From Candidatus Binatia bacterium (GTDB lineage Bacteria; Desulfobacterota; Binatia; UBA9968; CAXXLF01), in the NCBI GenBank assembly GCA_036443615.1, contig JAZFYO010000457.1:1-41413 (forward strand): DNA of 41,413 bases, written 5' to 3'. The translations under genes and the position numbers were made by a program. Positions 41,200 through 41,413 of this stretch are shown here, one piece after another. The notes under the pieces were generated by a model. The model was not told the DNA's origin, did not search any database, and saw only the letters and a program-made list of their open reading frames with translations. The stretch's first letter is position 1. Each line of letters opens with the position of its first letter.

Positions 41200-41413
41200 G
41201 GTCCCCTCGGCTCACCGTCAGAAAGTGTGGTGCGAGATGTCTCTTTGACCTTGTCCGACTGTGGGAGATGGCGATTGCACCCTGTCCATTCCTGTTACTT
41301 AGGGCTTCGGGGACTTCCTTCGCTTCACGGGCACCCGGAGCGACCCTAATTCGGCTTGCTTGGTTGTCCTCGGGGCACCAGGTCTCCAGCCGTGGGCAAT
41401 GGGCCGCTACCAT

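Noticed and set aside
40901-41413. ORFs at 40901-41194 (plus), 40933-41199 (minus) and 41165-41413 (minus), and the 33-codon N-terminal extension of the tig ORF.
   Set aside because: The first two and the tig extension run through tRNA-Leu. The third is R/S-rich, crosses the predicted promoter and has no recognisable domain. It cannot be fully excluded because it is open to the window edge.
41200-41413. Possible RNase P RNA, cobalamin riboswitch (B12-box-like GGCTGGAGACCTGG on the minus strand) or guanidine-I riboswitch (TAGGGCTTCGG on the plus strand).
   Set aside because: Only short partial string similarities are present. The spacing and order of the conserved blocks do not match my recollection of these families, and for the minus-strand candidates there is no downstream gene to regulate. 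I kept it only as an unassigned region in the findings.

Overview
This window is almost entirely core housekeeping DNA from a diderm bacterium (LptF/LptG are present), and nearly everything is transcribed on the minus strand. Reading from high to low coordinates: tRNA-Leu, tig, clpP, clpX, lon, hup; tRNA-Val, tRNA-Asp, rplM, rpsI, argC; lptF and lptG (the only plus-strand genes); rlmB; then an uninterrupted translation/transcription super-cluster. That cluster runs tRNA-Thr/Tyr/Gly/Thr, tuf, rpmG, tRNA-Trp, secE, nusG, rplKAJL, rpoBC, rpsL, rpsG, fusA, the S10 operon, the spc operon, secY, adk, map, infA and a truncated rpmJ. I added three items missing from the ORF track: rpmG (50 aa), a 5' fragment of rpmJ, and eight tRNAs decoded by hand. 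I also shortened several ORF-track starts (rpsZ, rplK, secE, tig, fusA). I found no defence island, CRISPR array, toxin system or novel multi-gene cassette; every long ORF outside the listed genes is an antisense shadow or overlaps a tRNA. All unexplained signal is non-coding. The main item is a 190-bp MITE-like element (perfect 10-bp terminal inverted repeats, flanking CTAA direct repeat) between rpsC and rplP, inside the normally compact S10 operon. The others are a roughly 220-nt GC-rich multi-hairpin spacer between convergent lptG and argC, a hairpin cluster with a tRNA-minihelix-like palindrome downstream of rlmB, terminator-like or very stable hairpins inside the str and S10 operons, and an unassigned GC-rich non-coding stretch at the right edge. 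None of these could be checked against databases here; all are hand-read from the sequence.
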